DNA of 52,223 bases from Psammoneis japonica. Lineage: Eukaryota. A program made the position numbers and the translations under genes. This document shows positions 22,197-33,834 of the stretch, piece after piece; position 1 is the first letter of the stretch, and every line of letters begins with the position of its first letter. The DNA lies in contig QPGO01000334.1 in NCBI GenBank assembly GCA_008632985.1, forward strand, positions 1 to 52,223, given 5' to 3'. The notes beneath the pieces are model-generated. The model saw only the letters and a program-made list of their open reading frames with translations. It ran no database searches and was not told the DNA's origin.

Positions 22197-24095
22197 ATGA
22201 AGATGATGTCAAACGATGTTGAAATTGCCTCTGAAAATGTTGCAGAGAAGATGGCAAACAAAGCTGAGGAGCTGGTTCTTTTGCAGGACAATGCATTTGT
22301 GACCCGGTTCAACGTCAAACAAAAGGAATGCTCTCTGACACTGGAGGAGAAAAAGGCAAGAAAAGACAGGAACTGAGCCCGCAGAGAATTTGTTGGGAAA
22401 CACCACGAAGTTTTTGTGCAACATGTGCGTGCACTCCAATGTCATGTTCAAGAAGACATGGCATCATCGACCATCTTGCCACCAATGTGCAATGCTGGCA
22501 GTGCAACAACAAGTCAACGAAGCAAGTTCAATGAACAACGAAGCAAGAGATGCCATCCGTCTGCCATTGAAAAGTGGGGAGATTTCACGAATTTTTTAGA
22601 AGAGAAGTTTGATGCTGCCAGACCCCTTCCACTGCCGATGACTGCACCACTGTTTAAAACCGTTGTTGATTGGATGACAATGATGAACAAAATCACGGAG
22701 CAATCCTTCGTCAATCCATTTGTGTTTGTGCACTGTTTTGTCAAGCTGGTCTCATGTGTCTGCCCTTCCAAGTGGATTCTGAAGAACGGGGCCGCTTCCC
22801 AACAATTGGACGACCCGATGAAGCCTGCTGCATGAAACCAACAGGAAATGACCCTGTTTGAGCTCAGAAAACAGCAGTTTTTGAAGCAAAGGCATTGCAC
22901 AACATGTTGCTTCCGAATGACTTTGACATGTTGAAGCAGTGTCATGAGGAGGCGGTCAAGAAGCAAGCGACAGAAAGGAGAAAGGAGCAGTCCAAGAGCT
23001 GGCATCAAATCTGCCACCTGCTTTCCCAGGAATTGGCATGCATGATCAACAATGGTGTTCAACATGGAGCTCTTTTTTGTGCTTCAAAAGTGCACTTCAT
23101 CCACCTTGATGGACCAGGCAGAGAAGTTCACAGGGTGGAAATTGCTGATGCGCACATTGCTGGTCAGAAAGACTTTCTTCGTGCTTGGGTGTGTGTGATT
23201 TGTCTCGCCGACAAAAGTCCAGCACTGGCCAATGGAAATCATGGCCTTGAAATGTCTCCCTGCACTGGCATCAGATGGCTTAAGGAGACCCCAATTTGTG
23301 AAGCTGAAGCATCGGAATCAGTGATTGAATGTCAAGAGCAAACTGGACATCATCCCAATGACAATGGCTCTTCTGTTGGTGATGGAAACAGTGACCACGA
23401 ACTGTCTGGAGGAAGCCGAAGTGACAAGAGCAGCAGATCTAGCCCTGCATCCAAGAAACCAAGACACAAATCTCCTGAGCACCGCATGAAGAACGAAGGC
23501 AGTCAGTTGACTTTGATGTCATACACCGCCTCAGTTGGTTCAGTCGAGGTCTGCTGAGGATGAGGAAAGGAGCACAATGTCACTCCCACTCACCCCACCA
23601 GACTGCTCCTTCTTTGATTCGTTTTCTTTCGAAGACCAATTTGTGCATCCAGTCGATTTTTGAACTTTGAGGATCGGCCGGTTGTTGGGGGTCGGAAGGA
23701 ACGGAGACGTCTTTGAGAGCGACTGTGGTGAAGAGAAGGTTGCGGTAAAGCAGTTTGATCTGTCAAAGAATTTTGAAAGTTACGAGAATGAGGTCAAGGC
23801 GTACGTGCGGCTGAGAAAGGCATGGGGTGAGCTTGTCCCTACTCCAAAATTCATTGCGCAGTCACCATCTGGCATGGTCAGGTTCCTTGGTCTACAGAAG
23901 GGGAGGTGTCCCGAAGAGGAAGAGTTTGATGGGCACTTTGGCACCGTGATTGACAAGCCACGGAGTGACTATAACTTCCAACCTCTTGATTATTCTCATG
24001 GTCGCAACTGCATTGTTGTAGATGAAGACAATGGAACAAAGAAGTTGCTCGTTATCGATCTAGAATTTTGGAAAGACACTGTGAAGATTGAGTAG
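22197..24095 (+). pseudogene. Disrupted nuclease-like plus protein-kinase gene (Crinkler/CR-effector-like architecture)
   Basis: The C-terminal kinase has LG.GRNGDVF, VAVKQFD, YENEV.AY and VIDLE. Upstream fragments (VFEAK; WHQICH..Q..ACMINNGVQHGAL) resemble a PD-(D/E)xK REase-type domain. Multiple stops and frameshifts; the 5' part is TA-depleted. Confidence 0.55.
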
Positions 24096-24509
24096 ACTGA
24101 TTTGGGAGAGTGAAGCTGATCATCGGAGGTGTGGGCTGTGTGCAAAGCACATGGTACAGTAGCCATACCTTTAGTGCTCTAACTAGCCCAAACATGGTAG
24201 CTTAGCTAATCGATTAAAACAGAAATCTGGGCGTGTCGTGAAGGAGCAGCCCAAACCGCTCTCTCCTTGACTCCAGTTTAACGTTGCGGGTGAGCCTGCC
24301 ATCTGCTATCACCGCTCACCGCCCGTCGTGATCATGCGAGAGGGTTCTCTGCAGTTTGCTGAATACTATACTTCACCCTATTGTTTACCACGTGTGATAT
24401 AATCATGTTCGTATTGACGAGCTGCTTGGTGGTTTGAACACGTCTAATGCCTTGCATGTGCAACAAGGGACTCTTCCAATAGCTGAAAGAAACCGGGAAG
24501 AGTGCTGCG

Positions 24510-25619
24510 CTAAGACTTTGCTACAGCGGTACTTGCCACAATCTGCTCAGCCGTTTTGACGTATTTGAGGAATATTTCCTTTGTCTGCTCATAAAGCTCT
24601 TCTCGGTATCGTCTGCTATCGATTCTGACCACGGTTCTTTTGTCGTTGGAACTCCATTCGAAACACCGGTCGAAATCAATATGCCAAAGTTTTCCCGTGC
24701 TGTCAACCAATACTTGAAAGTCCCGCACAAGGCAACTTATATCCTGGATAAGTTCCAGGGTTTTGTTTATCTCGTGCCTAAAGTTACGAAGGAAGGATTC
24801 GCTGTCGCTCGACGCGGCCACAATTTCATCCAAATGCCCCTTTGCGTGTCTGTATTTGTTGGAGGTACAACCGAGGAGCAGCGACGGTTGAGGAGCCATT
24901 TTTACTCTATACACGGCAGCCATTCCTTTGGCATAGTAGCCTTTCTTGATCATTTTCTGTCGGGACTCTCTCATTAAAACTCTGTTCATCTCAGATGCAT
25001 CATTCTGGCTTAGATGTATAGACTGAACTGGACCAAACAGAGTGGATATCGAGTACTCCTTTTCAACCATTCTCGCAAGATCCCAAGCTTTTTCTCCGCT
25101 CGCAACAAAAAAGTTTAGTTGTTCTTGTGTGACCAAATAACCAAAGCGGGGACTTTCGCCCTTTTCGCGGAAAAAACATTTCTCCACCCCACAGTTTGCC
25201 GGAACAGTTAGATTCAAGTTCTCCAATGCAAATTTCTTTGGAGAAGAATGATCTGAGTCAGACACGAGTTTGACGTCCTTTTCATTTCTTGTGCCGTTTC
25301 TTTGTCCTCTTTGTTCGTATTTGTCAATATCGCCTTTGTACATGTCTACTTGCTCTTGACCTTCTCGATTGTCCTGCTTGTTGCTTCTATGTTTTTCGCG
25401 TGTGTCCGACAAAGATTGCCTTTTTGATGTGGGCGGAAGATCCTTCGTGGCAGAATCTTTCCTGATGGACTTGGATAGCGCTGCATATAGAGACGGTGAG
25501 TGTAATGACAGAGGAGTTGAATTGATGTTGCTTAGAGACACGAAGGAAACTCGGAGAATCAGTTGAACGGTACTGTATCCAACGATGAACACGACGTAGA
25601 CTAGTCGACGACTCAGCAT
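24510..25619 (-). CDS. Uncharacterised N-terminally anchored protein, copy A (intact, 369 aa)
   Basis: Intact ORF with an N-terminal hydrophobic segment. C-terminal DFQVLVD..G..WHIDFDR weakly suggests a kinase-like fold. Normal TA/CG content. Confidence 0.75.
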   Translation of the reverse strand: MLSRRLVYVVFIVGYSTVQLILRVSFVSLSNINSTPLSLHSPSLYAALSKSIRKDSATKDLPPTSKRQSLSDTREKHRSNKQDNREGQEQVDMYKGDIDKYEQRGQRNGTRNEKDVKLVSDSDHSSPKKFALENLNLTVPANCGVEKCFFREKGESPRFGYLVTQEQLNFFVASGEKAWDLARMVEKEYSISTLFGPVQSIHLSQNDASEMNRVLMRESRQKMIKKGYYAKGMAAVYRVKMAPQPSLLLGCTSNKYRHAKGHLDEIVAASSDSESFLRNFRHEINKTLELIQDISCLVRDFQVLVDSTGKLWHIDFDRCFEWSSNDKRTVVRIDSRRYREELYEQTKEIFLKYVKTAEQIVASTAVAKS

Positions 25620-27194
25620 TTTGGAGAGGTTTCAATTACAGTCTAGTATACCTCAGCAACAGCGATGATAAATCCATCATCCAGTCTTTTTGGCAATCCT
25701 TTCATGGTCGTTGCCGCGGAAAAGCAAAAGGGAAAAGCAGAAAAAAGGTGGGGATTGATTCGACCGTTGGGCGCGCACAAAATTTTGATGACGACGAGCG
25801 TTGAAAGAGCGAGCACGCAAGAGCAAAAAATGATGGCACGCACGAATTTTGTGCGCCATGAGCACACCAAATGCAATGGGGCAGCAAGTTCCACTTCTTC
25901 CTTGCCATTCAACCACGTCCATGCCACTGGCAATGGGGAAGCCATCCAAGCCTTCTTCATCTGGTGGGGTCATGGGGAAGCCATCCCAGCCTTCATCTGG
26001 TGGGGTCACCCAAACACTCCTCTGTGTTTGCCTGGACAAACTCGCGCCCATCTCCTTGTTTTGACCCGTGTCCCTTCTTGTCAGTGATGTCATGCACAAC
26101 ACATCATGGACAAATCATCAACACATCTTCTTCTCTCATTTTGCTTGCTGCAGGAGACACTGTGTTTTCCACAGGCAAATGCAGAGAGTGCAGCCAGGTG
26201 GGCATGCTTGCCTCTTGAAAGAAAGAGCTGCAAAATGCTGGCGCTCTTGTTGTTTGCAGTGGAGACAACTCTGGCCTGCATCATTCTTGGTGTGATTCAC
26301 ATTGAGATTGTGTTCTCTGGCTGGCAATGAGCCATTGTTGCTGAAGAAGTCATTGTGAAAATTGTTGCTGGTCAAAGAGACACACCACCGCAGATGTCTT
26401 GAAACACAAGACTTTGGACCCAGCTTCTGTTTGCTCTCATTCTGAATTTCTTTGACATGTGCCAGCTTCATTGGCTTGCTGCTGTCAAGATGGAAGAAAC
26501 CTCTTTCTGTCAAGTTGAGCCTCTCGATGCCTCTCATTTCTTTGACCACTCTCCTTTCAACACCAGTGCAGTTGGGGCAATGTCCCCCTTTTGTTGGGAG
26601 CTCCTTCCAACACACCCCACAAGATGATGGAGAGCACATTTCTTTGCAAGTCATGTCAGCATTGGGTCATCATGCATCAGAGCTGTGTGCTGTGTGCAAA
26701 ACACATGGTGCAGCAGCTGCACCTTAAAGGTCCTGACCAGCCCAACCATGGTGGCTTTTAGGCAGTCATTTTTAACAGAAATCGTGGCATGTCATGCTGG
26801 AGCAACCGCTCTCTTCTTGACTCCAGGTTGACATCGAGGGAAAAGCTGCCATGTGCTGTCCCCGCTCACCACCCATTGCATCATGTGAGAGGGGTCTCAG
26901 CAGTTTGCCGCACACACTGCTTTGCCCCTTTTGATTTAAACCAGTCGACTCAAATGTGGCATGCACAAAGACATGAAAGCACAACATGAAGGCCAACGGG
27001 CTGTGAGGAAGCCCAAAAGCCAAGGGCTTCAATCTGTGTGTGACAGATGAAAAAGGACATCTGTTCATTTTGATGAGCCACTTTGTGGGTTGAGCATGTG
27101 TGTTGGCTGCCTCAATGGCATTTCTGCAGGAGAAGATTTGCGTGTGAAATGAGAGACTCTTCCATTGGCTGAAAGAACCGGGAAGAATGCGGCG

Positions 27195-28304
27195 CTGAGC
27201 TTTCACCACAGTGTTGTTTGCCACAATCTGTCCAGCCATTTTGACATGATTGAGAAATGTTTCCGTTGCCTGCTTGCAATGCTCTTCTCGGTGTTGCCGC
27301 TTGTCAATTCTGACAACGTTTCTTTTGTCATTGGAACTCCATTCGAAACACCGGTCGAAATCAACATGCCAAAGTTTTCCCATGCTGTCAACCAATGCTT
27401 GAAAGTCCCGCACAACACAACTTACATCCTGGACAAGTTCCAAGGTTTTGTTTGTCTTGTGCCTAAAGTTACGAAGAAAGGATTCACTGTCGCTCGACGC
27501 GGCCACAATTTCATGCAAATGCCCCTTTGCGTGTTTGCATTTGTTGGAGGTACAATCGAGGAGCAGTGACGGTTGAGGAGCCATTTTTGCTCTGTGCACG
27601 GCAGCCATTCCTTTGGCGCAGCAGCCTTTCTTGATCATTTTCTGTTGGGACTCTCTCATCAAAACTCTGTTCATCTCAGATGCATCACTCTCGCTTGGAT
27701 TTGTAGACTGAACTGGACCAAATAGAGTGGACATCGAGTGCTCCTTTTCAACCATTCTCGCAAGATCCCAAGCTTTTTCTCCACTCGCAACAAAAAAGTT
27801 TAGTTGTTCTTGTGTGACCAAATGACCAAAGCGGGGACTTCCGCCCTTTTCGTGGAAAAAACACTTCTCCACCCCACAGCTTGCCGGAACTGTCAGATTC
27901 AAGTTCTCCAATGCAAATTTCTTTGGAGAAGAATTGTCCGAGTCGGACATGAGTTTGACGTCCTTTTCATTTCTTGTGCCTTCATTTTGTCTTTTTTGTT
28001 CATGTTTTTCAATGTCGCCTCTGTGCATGTCTATTTGCTCTTGACCTCCTTGATTGTCCTGCGTGTTGCTTCCATGTTTTTCGCGTGTGTCTGACAAAGA
28101 TTGCCTTTTTGATGCGGGCGGAAGATCTTTCGTGGCAGGATCTTCCCTGATGGACTTGGACAGTGTTGCATGTAGAGACGGTGAGTGCAATGACAGAGGA
28201 GTTGAGTTGATGTTGCTCAGAGACACAAAGGAAACTTGGAGAATCAGTTGAATGGTGCTGCATCCAACGATGAACACGACATGGACCAGTCGACGACTCA
28301 GCAT
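27195..28304 (-). pseudogene. Copy B of the triplicated gene, hypermutated (all Tyr lost; stop read-through extends the ORF to 26772)
   Basis: Colinear with copies A and C. All 14 Tyr of copy A are His or Cys here, and TAG has become CAG at the old stop. Confidence 0.85.
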
Positions 28305-29884
28305 TTTGGAGAGGTTTCAATTACAGTCTAGCACACCTCAGCACAACAACAACGACAAATCCATCATCCAGTCTTTTTGGCAATCCTTTCATGGCCGTTG
28401 CCACGGAAAAGCAAAAGGGAAAAAAGGTGGGGATTTGACCATTGGGCACGCACAAAATTTAAAATTTTGATGAGCTTGGAGACGAGCGTTGAATGAGCAC
28501 GCAAGCAAGCAAAAAATGATGACACGCACGAATTGTGCGCTGTGAGCACACCAAATGCAATGGGGCAGCAAGTTCCACTTCCTTGCCATTCAACCATGTC
28601 CATGCCACTGGCAATGGGGAAGCCATCCAAGCCTTCTTCATCTGGCGGGGTCGTGGGGAAGCCATCCAAGCCTTCATCTGGTGAGGTCATGCAAACACTC
28701 CTCTGTGCTTGCCTGAACAAACTCGCGTTCATCTCCTTGTTTTGAGCCATGCCCCTTCTTGTCAGTGATGTTGTGCACAACACATCATGGACAAATCTTC
28801 AACACATCTTCTTCTCCCATTTTGCTTGCTGCAGGAGACAGGCCACTGTGTTTTCCACAGGCAAATGCAGAGTGCAGCCAGGTGTGGGCATGCTTGCCTC
28901 TTGAAAAGAAGAGCTTCAAAATGCTGGTGCTCTTGTTGTTTGCAGTGGAGACAACTCTGGCCTGCATCATTCTTGGTGTGACTCACATTGAGAACATGTT
29001 CTCTTGCTCTCAATGAGCCATTGTTGCTGAAGAAGCTGTTGTGAAAATTGTTGCTGGTCAAAGACACACCACCGTGGATGTCTTAAAACACGAGACTTTG
29101 GACCCATCTTCTGTTTGCTCTCATTCTGAATTTCTTTGACACATGCCAGCTTCATTGGCTTGCTGCTGTCAAGATGGAAGAAACCTCTCTCTGTCAAGTT
29201 GAGCCTCTCAATTTCTCTCATTTTTTTGACCACTCTCCTTTCAACAGCAGCACAGTTGGGGCAATGTCTCCCTTTTGTTGGGAGCTCCTTCCAACACACA
29301 CACACCACACAAGATGATGGAGAGCACATTTTTTTGCAAGTTGTGTCAGCATTGGGTCATCATGCATCAGAGCTGTGAGCTGTGTGCAAAACACATGGCA
29401 CAGCAGCCACACCTTAAATGCCTTGACTGGCACAACCATGGTGACTTTTGGGCAGTTGTTTTTAACAGAAATCGTGGCATGTCGTGCTGGAGCAACCACT
29501 CTCTTTTTAACTCCAGGTTGATGTTGAGGGTGAGCCTGCCACATGCTGTCCCTGCTCTCCACCCATTGCATCATGCAAGAGGGTTCTCTGCAGTTTGCCA
29601 CACACACTGCTTCACCCCTTTTGTTTTGAACCAGTCGACTCAAAAGTGGAACACAGAAAGACATGAAAGCACATTATGAAGGTTAACCAGCTGTGAGGAA
29701 GCCCAAAAGCCAAGGGCTTCAAACTGTGTGTGACAAAGGACAAAGGACATCTGTTCATTTTGATGAGCTGCTTTGTGGGTTGAGCGCGTGTAATGGCTGC
29801 CTCAATGGCATTTCTATAGGAGAAGATTTGCATGTGCAATGAGAGACTCTTCCATTGGCTGAAAGAACCAGGAAGAATACGGCA

Positions 29885-30994
29885 CTAAGCTTTCACCACA
29901 GTGTTGTTTGCCACAATCTGTTCAGCCATTTTGACATAATTCAGAAATGTTTCCTTTGCCTGCTCGTAACGCTCTTCTCGGTAACGCCGCTTGTCGATTC
30001 GGACAACGTTTCTTTCGTCGTTGGAACTCCATTCGAAACACCGGTCAAAATCAATATGCCAAAGTTTTCCCGTGCTGTCAACCAATACTTGAAAGTCCCG
30101 CACAAGGCAACTTATATCCTGGATAAGTTCCAGGGTTTTGTTTATCTCATGCCTAAAGTTACGAAGAAAGGATTCGCTGTTGCTTGATGCAGCGACAATT
30201 TCATGCAAATGCCCCTTTGCGTGTTCGTATTTGTTGGGGGTACAACCGAGGAGCAGCGACGGTTGAGGAGCCATTTTTACTCTAAACACGGCAGCCATTC
30301 CTTTGGCATAGTAGCCGTCCTTGATCATTTCCTGTCGGGACTCTCTCATTAGAACTTTGTTCATCTCGGATGCATCATTCTGGCTTAGATGTATAGACTG
30401 AACTGGACCAAACAAAGTGGATAACGAGTACTCCTTTTCAACCATTCTCGCAAGATCCCAAGCTTTTTCTCCGCTCGCGACAAAAAAGTTGAGTTGTTCT
30501 TGTGTGACCAAGTAGCCAAAGCGGGGATTTTCTCCCTTTTCGCGGAAAAAACATTTCTCCACCCCACAGCTTGCCGGAACAGTTAGATTCAAGTTCTTCA
30601 AAGAAAAGCTGGTTGGAGAAGAATGATCTGAGTCAGACACGAGTTTGAAGTCCTTTTCTTTTTGTGTGCCGTTTCTTTGTCCTCTTTGTTCGTATTTGTC
30701 AATATCGCCTTTGTACATGTCTACTTGCTCTTGATCTTCTCGATTGTCTCGCTTGTTGCTTCTATGGTTTTCGCCGGTGACTGACAAAGATTGTTTCTTT
30801 GATGAGGGTGCAAGGTCCTTCGTGGCAGGGTCCTCTCTGATGGACTTGGGTAGCGTCAAAGATATAGACGGTGAGTGCAATGACAGAGGAGTTGAATTGA
30901 TGTTGCTTAGAGACACGAAGGGAACTCGGAGAAGCAGTTGAACGGTGCCGTATCCAACGATGACAATGACGTAGACTAGCCGACGACTCAGCAT
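29885..30994 (-). CDS. Uncharacterised N-terminally anchored protein, copy C (intact)
   Basis: Start MLSRRLVY at ~30994. Colinear with copy A and retains Tyr codons and the TAG stop. Confidence 0.75.
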   Translation of the reverse strand: MLSRRLVYVIVIVGYGTVQLLLRVPFVSLSNINSTPLSLHSPSISLTLPKSIREDPATKDLAPSSKKQSLSVTGENHRSNKRDNREDQEQVDMYKGDIDKYEQRGQRNGTQKEKDFKLVSDSDHSSPTSFSLKNLNLTVPASCGVEKCFFREKGENPRFGYLVTQEQLNFFVASGEKAWDLARMVEKEYSLSTLFGPVQSIHLSQNDASEMNKVLMRESRQEMIKDGYYAKGMAAVFRVKMAPQPSLLLGCTPNKYEHAKGHLHEIVAASSNSESFLRNFRHEINKTLELIQDISCLVRDFQVLVDSTGKLWHIDFDRCFEWSSNDERNVVRIDKRRYREERYEQAKETFLNYVKMAEQIVANNTVVKA

Positions 30995-31075
30995 TTTATT
31001 TCCTGTCACAGTTGAGCAACAACGATGATAAATCCATCCTCCAGTCTCTTGGTAATCTTCAAGGTCGTTGTAGCG

Positions 31076-31102
31076 GATGATGATGATGATGATGATGATG
31101 AT
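31076..31102 (+). repeat. (GAT)n microsatellite, ~9 units
   Basis: Direct reading. Confidence 0.9.
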
Positions 31103-33524
31103 ACAGTGTTCCACCGCGAAGATTGTCAAATAAATCGTCAAGACATACATGCAGTCATTGTGACTCGCCGTTTCAATGACTTCAGAAACGTCACTGAGGT
31201 GACCTGCTGTAGAAGAAGAGTCGTTGAGAGTCTCCTCGCGCCTCACAATCTCAATTTAGTTGCTGTAACACTGGCACCTAGAATTGCCTCAAGCTTGCCA
31301 AGGCATGCAATGCAGTCGTCAACAATGAGGGCACGGACGAATGATTCCCAGAGCATGGGGCCACATTTGTGGCTGCCATGACAATGTGCAAGATGGAAAA
31401 ATGTGAGTGGAAACCTTGTGGTGTCATGCCGCCATGCTTTTCTCAAAGCAACTGCCTTGCTGGCATGACAGGCAAAAAAGCCTGCAATTGCATTGCCACT
31501 GTTCCAGCACTGGTCATCACAGACACTGCACAATGGTGGCCTGCCTGCACTCACCGCACTCTGTCAGCAGCCACCATCTTTGTCGTTTGCTTGTCGCTCA
31601 GTTGTCTTGGGCACTCATCACACCATGCACCCAAGCAAAGTGATGGCACAGGCCATGCTCTGGTTGCTGCCATGTGACCAACAAGCTGTGCCAATTTGGA
31701 GAGTGAGTCACATGCTCTGTTGAAATGATCGATGCCAACACCTTCTCTGAGCAAAATGAACAATTTGGCAACGTGATTCACCCAGCACCCAGGTGCCAAA
31801 AGTGAAAAGCATTCTGTGCAGAATCTGACATTGACCCAGCACATGAAGTTGAGGATCCATTGCAAGTGACCATGAGTGTCAAGATGAAGCTGAAGCTGAG
31901 TGCAATGCTGGCGCACCTTGCAAGGAATGGCAACCTGCGAGCCAAGATCAGGGCCTTTCTCAAGCTTTTGTTTGCTTCTTTCACTGGCAGTGCAGTTGAA
32001 GCAAAGTGCTCTTTTTTCATTTGGAAAGTTGTTCCCAGCACAGCATGAGCAACATGACTGGAGAGAGCACCTTTGCAAGTCTTCATTCTCAACATCTTCT
32101 TGGCTCCATGAGTTTGACACCCCACCCTGACAAATGAGGAATGAATCGCTGCCTGCTTCAGCTTGTTTGCCATCGGTGCTTTGATGGCTTGTGTGTTTTG
32201 GGAGGCAACACCCTGACCTTGCTTTTGCTGAAGCCTGGGGCATCATGCCAGTCTCAACATCAATCTGTGTCAGACAAAAAAATGTTGGAATGTTGAGCCA
32301 GGAATGCTCCAAAATGGTGTCTGCATCTTTTGCCAGAAACTCCAAGCTGAACAAAGAAGATGTGCTGGATTTGTTTGTTTTTTGAGGAGCCTGGGGAAGC
32401 TGAAGCTGCATTTTCTCTTCTTCAATGTTTGCCCTCTGCAACTGTTTTTATCATCTCCATCCATGTTTGCTCTCAATGTCAGGAAGTGGTGCTGCTGTCA
32501 CAGATGGGACAAGATCTTCATCATCGCAGCTGCCATCTTCATGCCCTTGTTTGCACTGCTTGTTCTGTGGGCTGCAAGTTGCTGTGGTGCTTTCTGGGTG
32601 CAGCACTCAAGCTTTTGACTCTCCACACTGCAACTCTTCAGTGCCAAGATCTGCAGTGACATTTTTGACACTTTGCTGTTCAATGTTTTTGGTGCAGCTG
32701 CCACAGCAGACCACCCAACTCCATTGATTTGCACTTTGACAGCTTGGCTGATGAAGCAGCTTCTGGAGCTGCTGCAGATTTGTTGGTTGTGTGCAGCAAC
32801 ACTTTGTCATTTTCCATCAGTGCCTTGTGTGCCTGGTGGCAGAGCAGCTCAAGTTTCAGCATGACATTTTCATTTGAGTGCACACAAGCCAAGAGGGGCA
32901 CAGCACACAGAAACAGCACTTTTCTCATCAATGTCAGCTTGCCTTCAATGTGTCACAGTCCAGTTGGTTGTTTTGTTTCAGTTGCCCCACCACACATTTA
33001 AAAAAAGCCATGGCTGTCTCACAAAAACTGGCTGCCACCCTCTCTCTGTGACACCTTGTGCATTGCAACAGTCACATGATGATGATGGTGCAAGCTTGTT
33101 GCATTGACCAATCACACTCAAGTGCCTGGTGCATCTTTCTTTGCCTGCATCAAGTCTTGGAAGCTGCTTTCTTCTTGTGACTGTTGGCTTTGAGAGAAGT
33201 GTCAAAGCCATGCCCAGCTGAGTTTGAGCATGCACAGGTGGTGCTTGCAACAACGCCAAGTTGTTGTCCATTTTGGTGTCAGCTTCATGTCATGCATGTT
33301 GCCACAACAGTTGGCACTGAGGCAGAAATGCATTGGTCACTGTTGCACCTGAAAAACTGCAAATGGATCAAAAGCTGGGATTTGAGTGTCAAGCACAAGC
33401 TGACTTGCAGGCTGGCATTGCCTGCAAATGTCATGTGAGCTTTACAATGAAGTTTGCTGGCCGCCAAGCAACTGCTCTCTGTCTTTGTGTGAAAAAGGGG
33501 GGTGGGGTGACACTTGATGACTTG

Positions 33525-33834
33525 GCGCACTGTGCTTGGAGAACAAGCACAAATGAAAGCAGAGTGGACAACAAAAAGTGGACATTGTGAGACAAATTTT
33601 GCTCTGCAATTTTTGGTTTCTCTGAATGAATTCTCTCAATGGCCCAAAGCATTTGTGCTGCTTCCACAGACTGAAAGGCTTTTCAGAGAATGTGATTGTG
33701 ACAGCAGATTGTCTGGGTGTGACTGACACTGCCACCTTGTGTGTCAACATCATCAAGGGATCTTGTTTGCAATTCTCAACATCCAACAATTGTGGACATG
33801 TGCACAACTTTCTTGCTCAACAACACATGTTGCA
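33525..33834 (-). repeat. 3' LTR of the Gypsy element
   Basis: Matches ~38200-38591 (ttctcaatggcccaaag, ccttgtgtgtcaacat, aactttcttgct). Begins TGCAACA on the minus strand just after the integrase end. The left boundary is approximate. Confidence 0.75.

Larger units (their letters stand above)
24120..31060. repeat. Tandem segmental triplication, unit ~2.68 kb (first unit partial)
   Basis: The anchor aatccatc(a/c)tccagtct recurs at ~25671, ~28358 and ~31031. The anchor gctgtgtgcaaa.cacatgg recurs at ~24135, ~26689 and ~29379. Confidence 0.95.

Noticed and set aside
26772..27194. C-terminal 140-aa extension of copy B as a new domain
   Set aside because: It results from TAG->CAG read-through into mutated 3' flank that is non-coding in copies A and C.
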